Counted from the first letter of the whole stretch, positions 1 through 10,595 are shown. The stretch is DNA of 59,395 nucleotides, filler included, from Squatina squatina (GCA_031763465.1; 3 parts of 3 records of this genome joined end to end with filler, not necessarily neighbours in it), one strand, 5' to 3'. Numbers and translations are program-made. Notes: generated from the sequence alone by a model not told the origin.

Positions 1-2159
1 TGGTGGGGTGTCACTCTCCCGCTGGTGGGTTGTGATTCTCACTGGTGGGGAGTCAATCTCTCACTGGTGGGGAGTCACTCTCTCACTGGTGGGGTGTCAC
101 TCTCTCACTGGTGGGGAGTCACTGTCTCACTGGTGGGACGTCACTCTCTCACTGGTGGGGTGTCACTCTCCCGCTGGTGGGGTGCGATTCTCACTGGTGG
201 GGAGTCACACTCTCACTGATAGTGAGTCACTCTCTCACTGGTGGGGGGTCACTTTCTCACCCGTGGGGAGTCACTCTCTCACTGGTGGGGTGTCACTCTC
301 CCGCTGGTGGGTTGTGATTCTCACTGGTGGGGAGTCAATCTCTCACTGGTGGGGAGTCAATCTCTCACTGGTGGGGTGTCACTCTCACACTGGTGGGGAA
401 TCACTCTCTCACTGGTGGGGTTTCACTCTCTCACTCCTGGGGTGTCACCCTCTCTCACTGGCGGGGTGTCACTCTCTCGCTGGTGGGGAGTCACTCTCTC
501 ACTGGTGGTGTGTTACTCTCTCACTGGTGGGGAGTCACTCTCTCGCTGGTGGGGAGTCACTCTCTCACTGGTGGTGTGTCACTCTCTCACTGGTGGGGAG
601 TCACTCTCTCTCACTGGTGGGGAGTCACTCTCTCAGTGGTGGGATATCACTCTCTCACTGGTAGTGAGTCAATCTCTCGCTGGTGGGGAGTTTCTCCCTC
701 ACCAGTAGGGTGTCACACTCTCATTGGTGGGGTGTCACTCTCTCTCATTGGTGGGGTGTCACTCTCTCAGTGGTGGTGAGTCTCCCTCTCACTGTTGGGG
801 ATTCACTCTCTCGCTGGTGGGGTGTCACTCTCTCGCTGGTGGGGTGTCACTCTCTCGCTGATGGGGTGTCACTCTCTCTCGCTGGTGGGGAGTCACTCTC
901 TCTCACTAGTGGGGTGTCACTCTCTCTAGCTAGTGGGGTGTCACTCTCCCGCTGGTGGGATGTGATTCTCACTGGTGGGGAGTCACTCTCCCACTGGTGG
1001 GGTGTTACTCTCTCTCACTGCTGGGGAGTCACTCTCTCTAGCTGGTGAGGTGTCTCTCCCTTCCTGGTGGGGTGTCACTCTCTCACTGTTGGGGGGTCAC
1101 TCTCTCTCACTGGTGGGAGGTCACTCTCTCTCACTGGTGGGGAGTCACTCTCTTCACTGGTGGGGTGTCACTCTCTCACTGGTGGGGAGTCACTCTCTCT
1201 AGCTGGTGGGGAGTCACTCTCTCTCACTGGTGGGGTGTCTCTCTCTCACTGGTGGGGAGTCACTCTCTCTCACTGGTGGGAAGTCACTCTCTCTCACTGG
1301 TGGGGAGTCACTCTCTTCACTGGTGGGGTGTCTCTCTCTCACTGGTGGGGTGTCACTCTCTCTCACTGGTGGGGAGTCACTCTCTCTCACTGGTGGGGTG
1401 TCACTCTCTCACTGGTGGGGTGTCACTCTCTCACTGGTCGGGTGTCACTCTCACTCACTGGTGGGGTGTCAATATCTCGCTCGCGGGGAGTCACCATCTC
1501 ACGTGTGGGGAGTCACTCTCTCTCACTGGTGGGGAGTCAATCTCTCATTGGTGGGGGGTCACTCTCTCTCACTGGTGGGGAGTCACTCTCTCTCACTGGT
1601 GGGGACTCAGTCTCTGACTGGTGGGGGGTCACTCTCTCACTGGTGGGGTGTCATTCTCTCGCTCGTGGGGTGTCACTCTCTCACTACTGGTGGGGAATCA
1701 CTCTCTCACTGGTGGGGAGTCACTGTCTCTCACTGGTGGGGAGTCACTCTCTCTCACTGGTGGGGAGTCAGTCTCTCTGACTGGTGGGGGGTCACTCTCT
1801 CGCTGGTGGGGTGTCACTCTCTCGCTCGTGGGGTGTCACTCTATCACTACTGGTGGGGAATCACTCTCTCACTGGAGGGGAGTCACTCTCTCTCACTGGT
1901 GGGTGTCACTCTCTCACTGGTGGGGAGTCACTCTCTCTCATTCGTGGGGTGTCACTCTCCCACTGGTGGGGATTCACTCTCTCGCTGGTGGGGAGTCACT
2001 CTCTCGCTCGTCGGGTGTCACTCTCTTCCTACTGGTGGGGAATCACTCTCTCACTGGAGGGGAGTCACTCTCTGTCACTGGTGGGGAGTCACTCTCTCTC
2101 ACTGGTGGGTGTCACTCTCTCACTGGTGGGGAGTCACTCTCTCTCATTCGTGGGGTGTC
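1..2159. repeat. 22-24 bp tandem satellite, unit ~TCACTGGTGGGGAGTCACTCTC(TC)
   Basis: Unit repeats continuously up to the first gap, with a variable (CT)n tract; all long ORFs here are repeat translations. Confidence 0.97.
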
Positions 2160-2259
2160 NNNNNNNNNNNNNNNNNNNNNNNNNNNNNNNNNNNNNNNNN
2201 NNNNNNNNNNNNNNNNNNNNNNNNNNNNNNNNNNNNNNNNNNNNNNNNNNNNNNNNNNN

Positions 2260-3667
2260 ACCCAGCGCTGGTCCACCCGCTGCTCCTGGGCGGCCACTTC
2301 GGCCCGTACCCGGTGCAGGGCGCAGTAGTCGTCGTAGAGCTTGTCGAGGTCGAGGCCCAGGCCCAGATCGCCGGCCAGCTTCTCCACCTCTGCCCACCTC
2401 ACCTCCCGGTCCAGCGACAGGGCTGCCATCTGCTTGAAGACCGACGTCTCAAAGTCGTAACGCTGCCGCAGAAAGTCGACGCACCGGGCGAGTGCCTTGC
2501 CCGCCTCCTCCTCGAACTGGTGCCGGTCGGCGGGCGGGAGGCCGGGCAGCAGGGCCTGGGCCGCCTGCCCGTAAAAGCGGTCCTCCCTCCGCCGCTGTAG
2601 CTTGGACAGCAGAGCGCCCAGCACCCGGTCCAGCTCGGCGCAGGTGGCCTCCTGTCGCTCCAGTCGCTTGAGGGCCTCGTGGAAGGCCCCCGTCAGGTGG
2701 TGAGCGAAGTGGACGTAACAGAGGGGCAGGGCCTCCCGCCGGCCAAAGGCCTGCCACACCACACCACTGCACTCCTCCTCCCCGATCGCCACGAAGTGGG
2801 CCTGCAGGGCGGTCCAGCATTGCACCACCTGGCCCAGGGCCGGCAGCAGCGAGAGCCAGCGCACCGGCGCCCGGCGCAGCAGCTCCTTGTACTCCAGCTC
2901 GAGGAAGGCGGAGAAGTCGCGCAGCCCCGACTGGCCCCGCTCCTCCGGGCTGCTGCTGCAGGAGGAGGAAGAGGAGGAGGAGGAGGACAGCTCGCCGCAC
3001 ACCTTCAGCACCAGCCACTCCACGTCGAAGCTTAGTGCCTTCAGCCCCCAGCGCAGGCAGTCGTGCAGCAGGCGGCAGCGGCAGCTCACCTGCAGCATGG
3101 AGCCGTGCAGCGCCCGCAGCCTGCGGCCGGCCGCCCCGTGCTTGGCCGCGTCCACTGACGTCACGTCGGCAATGTAGGCAGAGATGCTGCGCACGTCCAG
3201 CCGGTTCTGCCGTAGGATGTCCGCCAGGCGCGAGGCGATCGCCTCGCCAGCCCGGGCCGCCCCCTCCTCTCCCTCTCCCTCTCCCTCTGCCTCCTCGCCC
3301 CGGTAGCAGTCCAGCAGGCCGTGCCCGAGGCCCCGGGCCCGGTCGAAGTAGCGCACGACCAGCGGGAAGTAGTTGCGGGCGCCCCGGTTGCAGGCGTCGG
3401 CGGCCAGCGAGAAGTAGCAAGCCCGCCGCAGCCCCGCCACCAGCAGCTCCCGGGCGCGGGGGGCCAGCACGTTCTCCGTCAGGCTGGCTGCCTTGGTGCG
3501 GCCACACGACGCCGGGCGCGGCGACGAGGAGGAGGGAGGGGAGGTGGGGGGCCAGACCTCCTGTGGCTCCGAGCTTCTCCGCAGCAGCAACTGGTTCCCG
3601 CAGTCCAGGCTGGAGTAGCTGAGGTGGTGGGTCACCCCCCGGTAGATCTCGGCCAGCTCCGCCGCCG
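2260..3667 (-). CDS. hAT-superfamily transposase-derived protein (partial, both ends in gaps), probably domesticated
   Basis: Uninterrupted ~469-codon frame with hAT-type motifs: AAELAEIY..HHLSYSSLDC, CGRTKAASLTENVLAP, YFSLAADACN (first D), PLVVRYFD, AYIADVTSV (second D), SCRCRLLHD (altered CxxH), RWLSLLPAL. Very GC-rich, with poly-Ser and EG low-complexity insertions. Confidence 0.85.
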
Positions 3668-3771
3668 NNNNNNNNNNNNNNNNNNNNNNNNNNNNNNNNN
3701 NNNNNNNNNNNNNNNNNNNNNNNNNNNNNNNNNNNNNNNNNNNNNNNNNNNNNNNNNNNNNNNNNNNCGGG

Positions 3772-4695
3772 TCAGGAGACAGGGTCCTGGACCACCCCCT
3801 CCGCGGCGTGGAGCCGCTGGTGCTTGAGGCGGGCGGAGGACTGCGAGAAGCCCTTGCCACACACCGGGCAGGGGAACGGCCGCTCCCCGGTGTGGACCCG
3901 CCGGTGGATGGCGAGGGTGGAGGCCAAGGCGAAGCCCCGGCCGCAGAGCGAGCAGACGTAGGGCTTCTCACCAGTGTGCACTCGGTGGTGGGCCAGCAGG
4001 GCAGCCCGCTGCACAAAGCCCTTGCCGCAGAGCGTGCAGACGAAGGCCCTGTCGCCGGCGTGGACGCGGCGGTGGGCCCGCAGGTTGCCTGCGTCAACGA
4101 AGCGCCTGCTGCAGACGGGGCAGGGGAAGGGGCGCTCCCCGGTGTGGACCCGCTGGTGCCGCCGCAAGTTGGAGGAGACGGTGAAGCGCTTGCCACACAG
4201 CGGGCAGGCGAAGGGGCGCTCGCCGGTGTGGACCCGCCGGTGGGTCAGCAGGCAGTCGGCCCCGCTGAAGCGCTTGCCGCACTCCCCGCAGGCGTAGGGC
4301 CGCTCGCCCGAGTGCACCCGCTGGTGGGTGAGCAGCGAGGAGGAGACGGTGAAGCCCTTGCCGCACAGCGGGCAGACGAAGGGCCGCTCGCCGGTGTGGA
4401 CACGGCGGTGGGTACGCAGGTTGCAGAGCCAGCGGAAGCGCTTGCCGCAGCCCGGGCAGGCAAAGGGCTTCTCGTCAGTGTGCACGCGCTGGTGGGTGAG
4501 CAGCGAGGAGGACTGGGCGAAGGCCCGGCCACACTCAGAGCAAACGTAGGGCCGCTCGCGGGTGTGCAGCCGGCGGTGGGCCACCAGCACCGAGGACTGG
4601 GTGAAGCGCTTGCCGCAGATGGGGCAGGGGTAGGGACGCTCGCCCGTGTGCACCCGCTGGTGGGCCAGCAGCGACGAGGAGTGGGCGAAGCGCTT
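3772..4695 (-). CDS. C2H2 zinc-finger protein, 3' part (10 complete fingers + 1 partial)
   Basis: Tandem CxxC-x12-HxxxH with TGERP-type linkers; TGA at 3774-3772; 5' part lost in gap. Confidence 0.93.
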   Translation of the reverse strand, partial: KRFAHSSSLLAHQRVHTGERPYPCPICGKRFTQSSVLVAHRRLHTRERPYVCSECGRAFAQSSSLLTHQRVHTDEKPFACPGCGKRFRWLCNLRTHRRVHTGERPFVCPLCGKGFTVSSSLLTHQRVHSGERPYACGECGKRFSGADCLLTHRRVHTGERPFACPLCGKRFTVSSNLRRHQRVHTGERPFPCPVCSRRFVDAGNLRAHRRVHAGDRAFVCTLCGKGFVQRAALLAHHRVHTGEKPYVCSLCGRGFALASTLAIHRRVHTGERPFPCPVCGKGFSQSSARLKHQRLHAAEGVVQDPVS

Positions 4696-4795
4696 NNNNN
4701 NNNNNNNNNNNNNNNNNNNNNNNNNNNNNNNNNNNNNNNNNNNNNNNNNNNNNNNNNNNNNNNNNNNNNNNNNNNNNNNNNNNNNNNNNNNNNNN

Positions 4796-5220
4796 AAAAA
4801 ACTTACATTTTTATAGCGCCTTTCACAACCACCTTTACAGCGAATGAAATACTTTTGAAGTGTAGTCATTGTTGTAATTTAGAAAACGCAGCAGTCAGTT
4901 TGCGCACAGCAAGCTCCCACAAACAGCAATGTGACGATGATCAGATAATCTGTTTTAGTGATGTTGCTTGAGGGACAAATGTTGGCCAGGACACCGGGGA
5001 GAACTCCTCTGCTCTTTGAAATAGTGCCATGGGATCATTTACGTCCACCTGAGAGAGCAGATGGAGCCTCAGTTTAACGTCAGCACCTCTGACAGTGCAG
5101 CGCTCCCTCAGCACTGCACTGGAGTGTCAGCCTGGATTTTTTTTGTGTTCAAGTCTCTAGAGCGGGACTTGAACCCACAACCTTCTGACTCAGAGGCGAG
5201 AGTGCTACCAACAGCTCACA
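4796..5220 (-). mobile_element. tRNA-derived Deu-SINE (SacSINE1-like), near full length
   Basis: Reverse complement matches the + copy at 33826-34153 (B box GGTTCAAGTCC, Deu core, L2-like tail AAAGGCGCTATAAAAATGTAAG). Confidence 0.85.
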
Positions 5221-5285
5221 CTGGAGGGACCATTGTTCTTGCCCCCTCTTACCTTTTTCTAATCTTGTTTTACAGGGTGTTAGAA

Positions 5286-6581
5286 ATGGAGGATTTGCAG
5301 ACAGGAAGCTCGGACCAAACATCATGTCAAGATCCAACAGAGTCGCTCGATTCTCCGGTGCCCGAGTGCTGTCGGCCTTCGCGTGCGGAAGGGAAAAGCC
5401 CCGGGGAGAAACCGTATTCCTGCTGCGCGTGCGGGCTGGGCTTCAGACGCTCGTCCAACCTGGCACGGCACCGGTGCAAGCCGAGTGGCGAACGGCCCTA
5501 CCAGTGCGCGGACTGTGGGAAGGGCTTCAACTACCCGTCGGAGCTCGCGATTCACCGGCGTCGCCACACCCGGGAGCGGCCCTTCATCTGCCCGGCCTGT
5601 GGGAAGAGCTTCCTTTACTCCTCCAACCTGCTGACCCACCAGCGGGTCCACACTGGGGAGAGGCCCTTCACCTGCTTGCTGTGTGGGAAGGGCTTCACTC
5701 GTGCCTCTAGCCTGGCGGCCCATCGGGCCGTTCACTCGCAGAATCGGCCCTTCGCCTGCGAGGCCTGTGGGAAGAGCTTCAAGAGCGCCAAGGAGCTGAA
5801 GGTGCACCGGGCTGTGCACCAGGAGGCCCGGCCCTTCCCCTGCTCCGCCTGTGGGAAGGGCTTCACCCAGCTGGCTGCCCTGCTAGCCCACCAGCGGACG
5901 CATTCGGGGGAGCGGCCCTTCACCTGCTCTCTGTGCGGGAAGGGCTTTACGCGCTCCTCCAGCCTGGCGGCTCACGGGGCCGTGCACTCGCAGGAGCGGC
6001 CCTTCCCCTGCGAGGCCTGCGGGAAGAGCTTCAAGAGTGCCCGGGAGCTGAAGGTGCACCGGGCTGTGCACTCGGAGGCCCGGCCCTTCCCCTGCTCCGT
6101 GTGCGGGGAGCGCTTCCGGCAGGCCCGCAACCTGCTGGCTCACCGCCGCACCCACACCGGAGAGAGGCCCTTTGCCTGCGGCCAGTGCGGCCGTGCCTTC
6201 GCCCGCTCCTCCTCGCTGCTCTCCCACCGGCGGGTGCACAGTGACGAGCGCCCCTTCCCCTGCCCCCACTGCCCCAAGCGCTTCAAGAGTGCCCGGGAGC
6301 TGGCCACCCACGGGCGGGTCCACACGGGCCAGCGGCCGTACCCCTGCCCGCTCTGCCCCCGCCGCTTCACCCAGCCCTCCATCCTGCAGACCCACCGCCG
6401 CACCCACTCGGGCCAGCGGCCCTTCGCCTGCCCACTCTGCCCCCGCCGCTTCATCTGCTCCTCCAGCCTGCTCAACCACCGGCGCACCCACACCCGCGAG
6501 CGGCCCTACCCCTGCCCTGTCTGCGGCAAGAGCTTCCGCCAGTCCGCCAACCTGCAGGCCCACCGCCGGCTCCACCTCTGA
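5286..6581 (+). CDS. C2H2 zinc-finger protein, 13 canonical fingers + 1 degenerate C2HC
   Basis: Polypyrimidine tract with TTTTACAG acceptor ending 5275; in-frame ATG 5286 (MEDLQTG..); finger array to TGA 6579-6581. The ORF-track start at 5061 lies in the SINE and is spurious. Confidence 0.93.
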   Translation: MEDLQTGSSDQTSCQDPTESLDSPVPECCRPSRAEGKSPGEKPYSCCACGLGFRRSSNLARHRCKPSGERPYQCADCGKGFNYPSELAIHRRRHTRERPFICPACGKSFLYSSNLLTHQRVHTGERPFTCLLCGKGFTRASSLAAHRAVHSQNRPFACEACGKSFKSAKELKVHRAVHQEARPFPCSACGKGFTQLAALLAHQRTHSGERPFTCSLCGKGFTRSSSLAAHGAVHSQERPFPCEACGKSFKSARELKVHRAVHSEARPFPCSVCGERFRQARNLLAHRRTHTGERPFACGQCGRAFARSSSLLSHRRVHSDERPFPCPHCPKRFKSARELATHGRVHTGQRPYPCPLCPRRFTQPSILQTHRRTHSGQRPFACPLCPRRFICSSSLLNHRRTHTRERPYPCPVCGKSFRQSANLQAHRRLHL

Positions 6582-6594
6582 CTGCCGAGAGTCC

Positions 6595-6930
6595 AGCGGG
6601 GGTGGTTCGATCGGGGTCAGGGCTGAACCACGCTAACTGGCAGCGGCGGTGATTCAGTCGGACCTAGCAGGTGTGGGACTGAACCACGCTAATAGGCATC
6701 GGGGGTGGTTCAACAGGCCCAGCGGGTGTGGACTGAACCACGCTAACTGACGGGTGCGGGACTGAACCACGTTAATTGGTGGCGGGGGCGGTTCAGCCGG
6801 TGTGGGACTGAACCACGCTAACTGGCGGCGGGGGTGGTTCGATCGGGCTCAGGGTTGAACCACGCTAACTGGCGGCGGGGGTGGTTCGATCGGGCTCAGG
6901 GTTGAACCACCCTAACTGGCAGCGGGGGTG
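6595..6930 (+). repeat. ~47-bp minisatellite with internal inverted repeat GAACCAC..GTGGTTC, right after the ZNF stop
   Basis: GAACCAC recurs at 6810, 6857, 6904 (47-bp period), with more degenerate units upstream. Confidence 0.85.
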
Positions 6931-6937
6931 CAGGGGG

Positions 6938-7072
6938 CAGTGTTCCCTTTCACCTTTCCTTTGGGTGCGTGTCCCTTAAACGGACTGCACGGCCCATTCA
7001 AATTTCCACGGTTTTTCTGATTAAAAGCCGGTGAGCCGGCTACGCGGGACCTCAAGACCAACGGGAATATTG
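6938..7072. mobile_element. Degenerate hAT-type MITE, same family as 30546-30690
   Basis: Ends CAGTGTTCCC ... GGGAATATTG; shares internal GCCCATTCAAA and ATTAAAAG blocks with the intact copy; TSD decayed. Confidence 0.6.
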
Positions 7073-7184
7073 GTGGTGGGTACGGTAGAATCTTGCAGCA
7101 CAGGAGGCCGTTCAGCCTGTTGTGACTGTGCCGGCTCTTTAACAGAGCTGTCCAATTTTGGGTTGTTAATGTTACAAACCTCTC

Positions 7185-7745
7185 CTCAGAATATTGGCTT
7201 TATTAACAGAGGAATCAGTACAAAAGCAAGGACGTTGTTGCTCAAACCCGTCTGAATCACCTGTTCGGACTCAGCTGAAGGATTGTGTTCGATTCTGGGC
7301 ACCGTACTTCAGGAAGGATGCCAGGGTCCTGGAGAAGGTGTTGAGGAGATTGACTGGAATTGTTTCAGGGATGAGGGACTTCAGTTACTTGGAGAGACTG
7401 GAGAATCTGGAAGTTTTCTCCTTAGAGCAGAGAAGGTTAAGAGGGAGATTTAATCAAGATGTTGAAAATGATGAAGGGTTTTGATAGGGTAAATAAGGAG
7501 AAACCTTTTCCAGTGGCAGGAGGACGGTCACCAGAGGACAATTGACAAAAGCACCAGAAGCGAGATGAGAACTTTTTTACGCAGCGTGTTGTGATGATCT
7601 GGAACGAGCTGCCTGAAAGGGCGGCGCAAGCAGATTCAATAGTAACTTTCCAAAGAGAACTGGATAATTTCTTGAAGGGCTGTGAGGAAAGAGCAGGGGG
7701 GAGTGGGACTAATTGCATAGCTCTACCAAATGGGCCGAATGGAAC
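7185..7745 (+). mobile_element. CR1 LINE 3' fragment (RT C-terminus + 3' UTR)
   Basis: CVRFWAPYFRKD..LEKV.RRLT..FSY.ERL..L..FSLEQRRLRG and VMIWNELPE, typical of the CR1 ORF2 C-terminus; frameshifted. Confidence 0.9.
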
Positions 7746-7928
7746 TTTTCAGTGGGTTTTGCTCGGTAGCCATTAGGATGACCTCTGAACTACGCACACC
7801 GTCACCATGGTGATGTCATATGAGCCACAGGCAGGCCTTTAGAACAGTGCGTGGTGACCTCACAGTAGTGGCCATTGTTCATTGATGTTCAACCATTCAA
7901 AGATCAGAGTCTCAGCTGTACACAGAAA

Positions 7929-8214
7929 CCTCGAGCCTGTTGCACAGGAACAGGAGGAGGCCATTCAGTCCCTCGAGCCTGTTGCACAGGAACAGGAGGA
8001 GGCCATTCAGCCCCTCGAGCCTGTTACACAGGAACAGGAGAAACCCATTCAGTCCCTCAAGCCTGTTGCACAGGAACAGGAGGAGGTCATTCAGCCCCTC
8101 GAGCCTGTTGTACAGGAACAGGAGGAGGCCATTCAGTCCCTCGAGCCTGTTACACAGGAACAGGAGGAGGCCATTCAGTCCCTCGAGCCTGTTACACAGG
8201 AACAGGAGGAGGCC
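7929..8214. repeat. 42-bp minisatellite resembling the CR1 3' terminus
   Basis: Unit CCTCGAGCCTGTTGCACAGGAACAGGAGGAGGCCATTCAGTC, ~7 copies, ending in a gap. Confidence 0.9.
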
Positions 8215-8715
8215 NNNNNNNNNNNNNNNNNNNNNNNNNNNNNNNNNNNNNNNNNNNNNNNNNNNNNNNNNNNNNNNNNNNNNNNNNNNNNNNNNNNNNN
8301 NNNNNNNNNNNNNNCCGTCTTCCCGAGGGTGCAGGGCACCATTGGTTATGTCTGCCAAGCACAGCAGTTGATGAGACAAACCCACCTCACCCACCAACGA
8401 TCTATGATTTGACTGACCTAAGCATTGCTCGTGTCTCCAAAACGAACACCTTGAAGGGCTGAGGTGGCCTGAAAATTGATAGCAGCGTCTTAGATCCGTC
8501 CCACAATTCACCTGCTGAAATAAACTAAGATAATCAGTGCAAAGTAAGTGTCCATTAGAGCTGAAATTAGCACCTTTTTTAAAGCTGTCTGAAATTGTTT
8601 TCTAAGTGCCAATTTGGAGGCTTAAAGTGAGAGGTCAAATGCTTGAACTTTGCACTCACCAATTCATCCCTGAGCACCAGAAACCCAGGGCAATCTGATT
8701 GGCCGCACAAAGAGT

Positions 8716-9355
8716 AAACAGTGTAATAGGGTCGATGTACTGCAGTGTAAACACCATCAGTGCACAGTGTAATAGGGTCTATAGACTGCAGTGTAAACAC
8801 CATCAGTACACAGTGTTATAGGGTCGACAGACTGCAGTGTAATAAGGTCTATAGACTGCAGTGTAATAGGGTCTACAGACTGCAGTGTAATAGGGTCTAC
8901 AGACTGCAGTGTAATAGGGTCTACAGACTGCAGTGTAAACACCATCAGTACACAGTGTAATAGTGTCTAAAGACCGCAGTGTAAACACCATCAGTACACA
9001 GTGTAATAGGGTCTATGGACTGCAGTGTAAACACCATCAGTGCACAGTATAACAGGGTCTATAGACTGCAGTGTAAACACCATCAGTACACAGTGTAAAA
9101 GGGTCTATAGACTGCCGTGTAAACACCATCAGTACACAGCGTAATACCAGCAGTGCACAGTGTAATAGGGACTGTAGTCTGCAGTGTAACACCACCAGTA
9201 CACAGTGTAATAGCGACTGTAGACTGCAGTGTAAACACCATCTGTACACAGTGTAATAGGGTCTATGGACTGCAGTGTAAACACCACCAGTGCACAGTGT
9301 AACAGGGTCTATAGACTGCAGCATAAACACCATCAGGACACAGTGTAATAGGGTC
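8716..9355 (+). repeat. 46-bp satellite (with 24-bp subrepeats); unit contains CACAGTG-23bp-GTAAACACC
   Basis: Unit CACAGTGTAATAGGGTCTATAGACTGCAGTGTAAACACCATCAGTA; e.g. heptamer 8763-8769, spacer 8770-8792, nonamer-like 8793-8801. Confidence 0.95.
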
Positions 9356-9806
9356 NNNNNNNNNNNNNNNNNNNNNNNNNNNNNNNNNNNNNNNNNNNNN
9401 NNNNNNNNNNNNNNNNNNNNNNNNNNNNNNNNNNNNNNNNNNNNNNNNNNNNNNNCATGGGACATGGCACAAAAGTGGCCATTTGGCCCCAAGGTCTATT
9501 TAAACAGCACACGGTTTGCAGACTCTATTGAAGCAGCATACTACAGCAAACAGAACTTGTGACCAAAACTGCAATAATGTCTCCCGATAAAACAGGATTA
9601 TTTCTCCAGCAAATACAGTGAATGGAGGAGAGCTTCATACAAATTCTGTGTGTAAAATCAATCCCAGTCACTTCCAGCAGTGCAGTCTCCAGGACACGGG
9701 AATTTCCCAATCTCCATTCTGGCTGGGAATAGCAGGGTCAGTATACTTAACCATACTCCTGTCTTTCGGTCTGTCTGAGCCTGACTTGTCTTTTCCTGTC
9801 TTGCAG

Positions 9807-9932
9807 GCGGAGTATGACTCCATGCTGCTAGAATACGCAGGAGAGGGCATTCCCCTTCTGGCAGCTGCTGTGGGAGGGCAGATCTTTGCCCCATACTTTG
9901 CCGGATTCCTCCCCCTGTTGCTGTGTAAAACG
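9807..9932 (+). CDS. IPO4: Importin-4 internal exon
   Basis: TTGCAG| AEYDSMLLEYAGEGIPLLAAAVGGQIFAPYFAGFLPLLLCKT |GTACGT, 126 bp, phase 0-0; closely resembles vertebrate IPO4 as I recall it (AEYDAMLLEHAGEAIPALAAA..FAPFFAGFLPLLVCKT). Confidence 0.92.
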
Positions 9933-10424
9933 GTACGTATGGCTTCAGTGTGTAACTGTTGGGTTTTGGGTATCTGGCGGCACTGTGTCGGGACCTTATT
10001 CCACAAACAAAGAGTGAGAAAGGTAAAGGTGGGCAACTGAAACCTTTCCTGGTAATCCAGTGCTGCTGGAAACCTGTTTATATTGGATGTGTGTGTATGG
10101 AACAACACCTCTCAACTGCCAACACTTGGGGAAACCAGTGTACAACAATTTAAGAACGGTTCAGATAATGGGTCGCTGTATAGAAGAACGGCAGAGTGAG
10201 GGGCAAAACCCAACGAGGCCAGAAAGCAAAAGATTCCACAGGCTCCGAATGTTTAGACATTGCACGTGACGATGCCAGATACCAGTGGGAGGCTTGAAAT
10301 CTCAGTCCCCCTCCCCGCATTCCAGTTTAACTTTTGTCAGGCCTTGGCAGTGCAATGAATATATATGTAGTATATATATACGCACACAGCACTGGGGTTC
10401 ATTCCAGAACCGAGAGGTTATAAC

Positions 10425-10595
10425 TATCAGGAAAGTCTGATCAGGCCGGGGCTCTGTTCTCTAGAAAAGAGAAGGCTGAGGGGTGACCTGACAAAGGTCT
10501 TTAAAATTATGAAGGGGTTCGATAGGTTGGGCATGAAGAAGATGGTTCCTCTTGTGAGCAGGTCCTGAAGCAGGGGGCCAAAAATATAAGATGGT
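10425..10595 (+). mobile_element. CR1 LINE fragment
   Basis: YQESLIRPGLCSLEKRRLRGDLTKVFKIMKGFDR, the CR1 ORF2 C-terminal motif. Confidence 0.8.

Noticed and set aside
1-2159. Long W/H/S/L/G-rich ORFs; possible Ig switch region
   Set aside because: These are translations of a stop-poor satellite. AGCT motifs are few and the repeat is not in a J-C intron.
2112-4196. 694-aa ORF suggesting a zinc-finger-transposase fusion
   Set aside because: It reads through two N gaps and uses an off-frame of the ZNF. The ZNF frame stops at TGA 3774-3772 before the gap, so fusion is unsupported without transcript data.
3808-6636. Long antisense and alternate-frame ORFs over the ZNF genes
   Set aside because: Expected shadow ORFs of GC-rich repetitive coding sequence.
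7882-8214. (LEPVTQEQEEAIQS)n coding repeat
   Set aside because: The unit resembles the antisense CR1 3' tail, several frames are open only because 42 is divisible by 3, and there is no splice evidence.
8315-8705. FPRVQGTIG, reminiscent of Harbinger GFPRVQGAID
   Set aside because: Too short and degenerate to call; probably a deleted Harbinger derivative.
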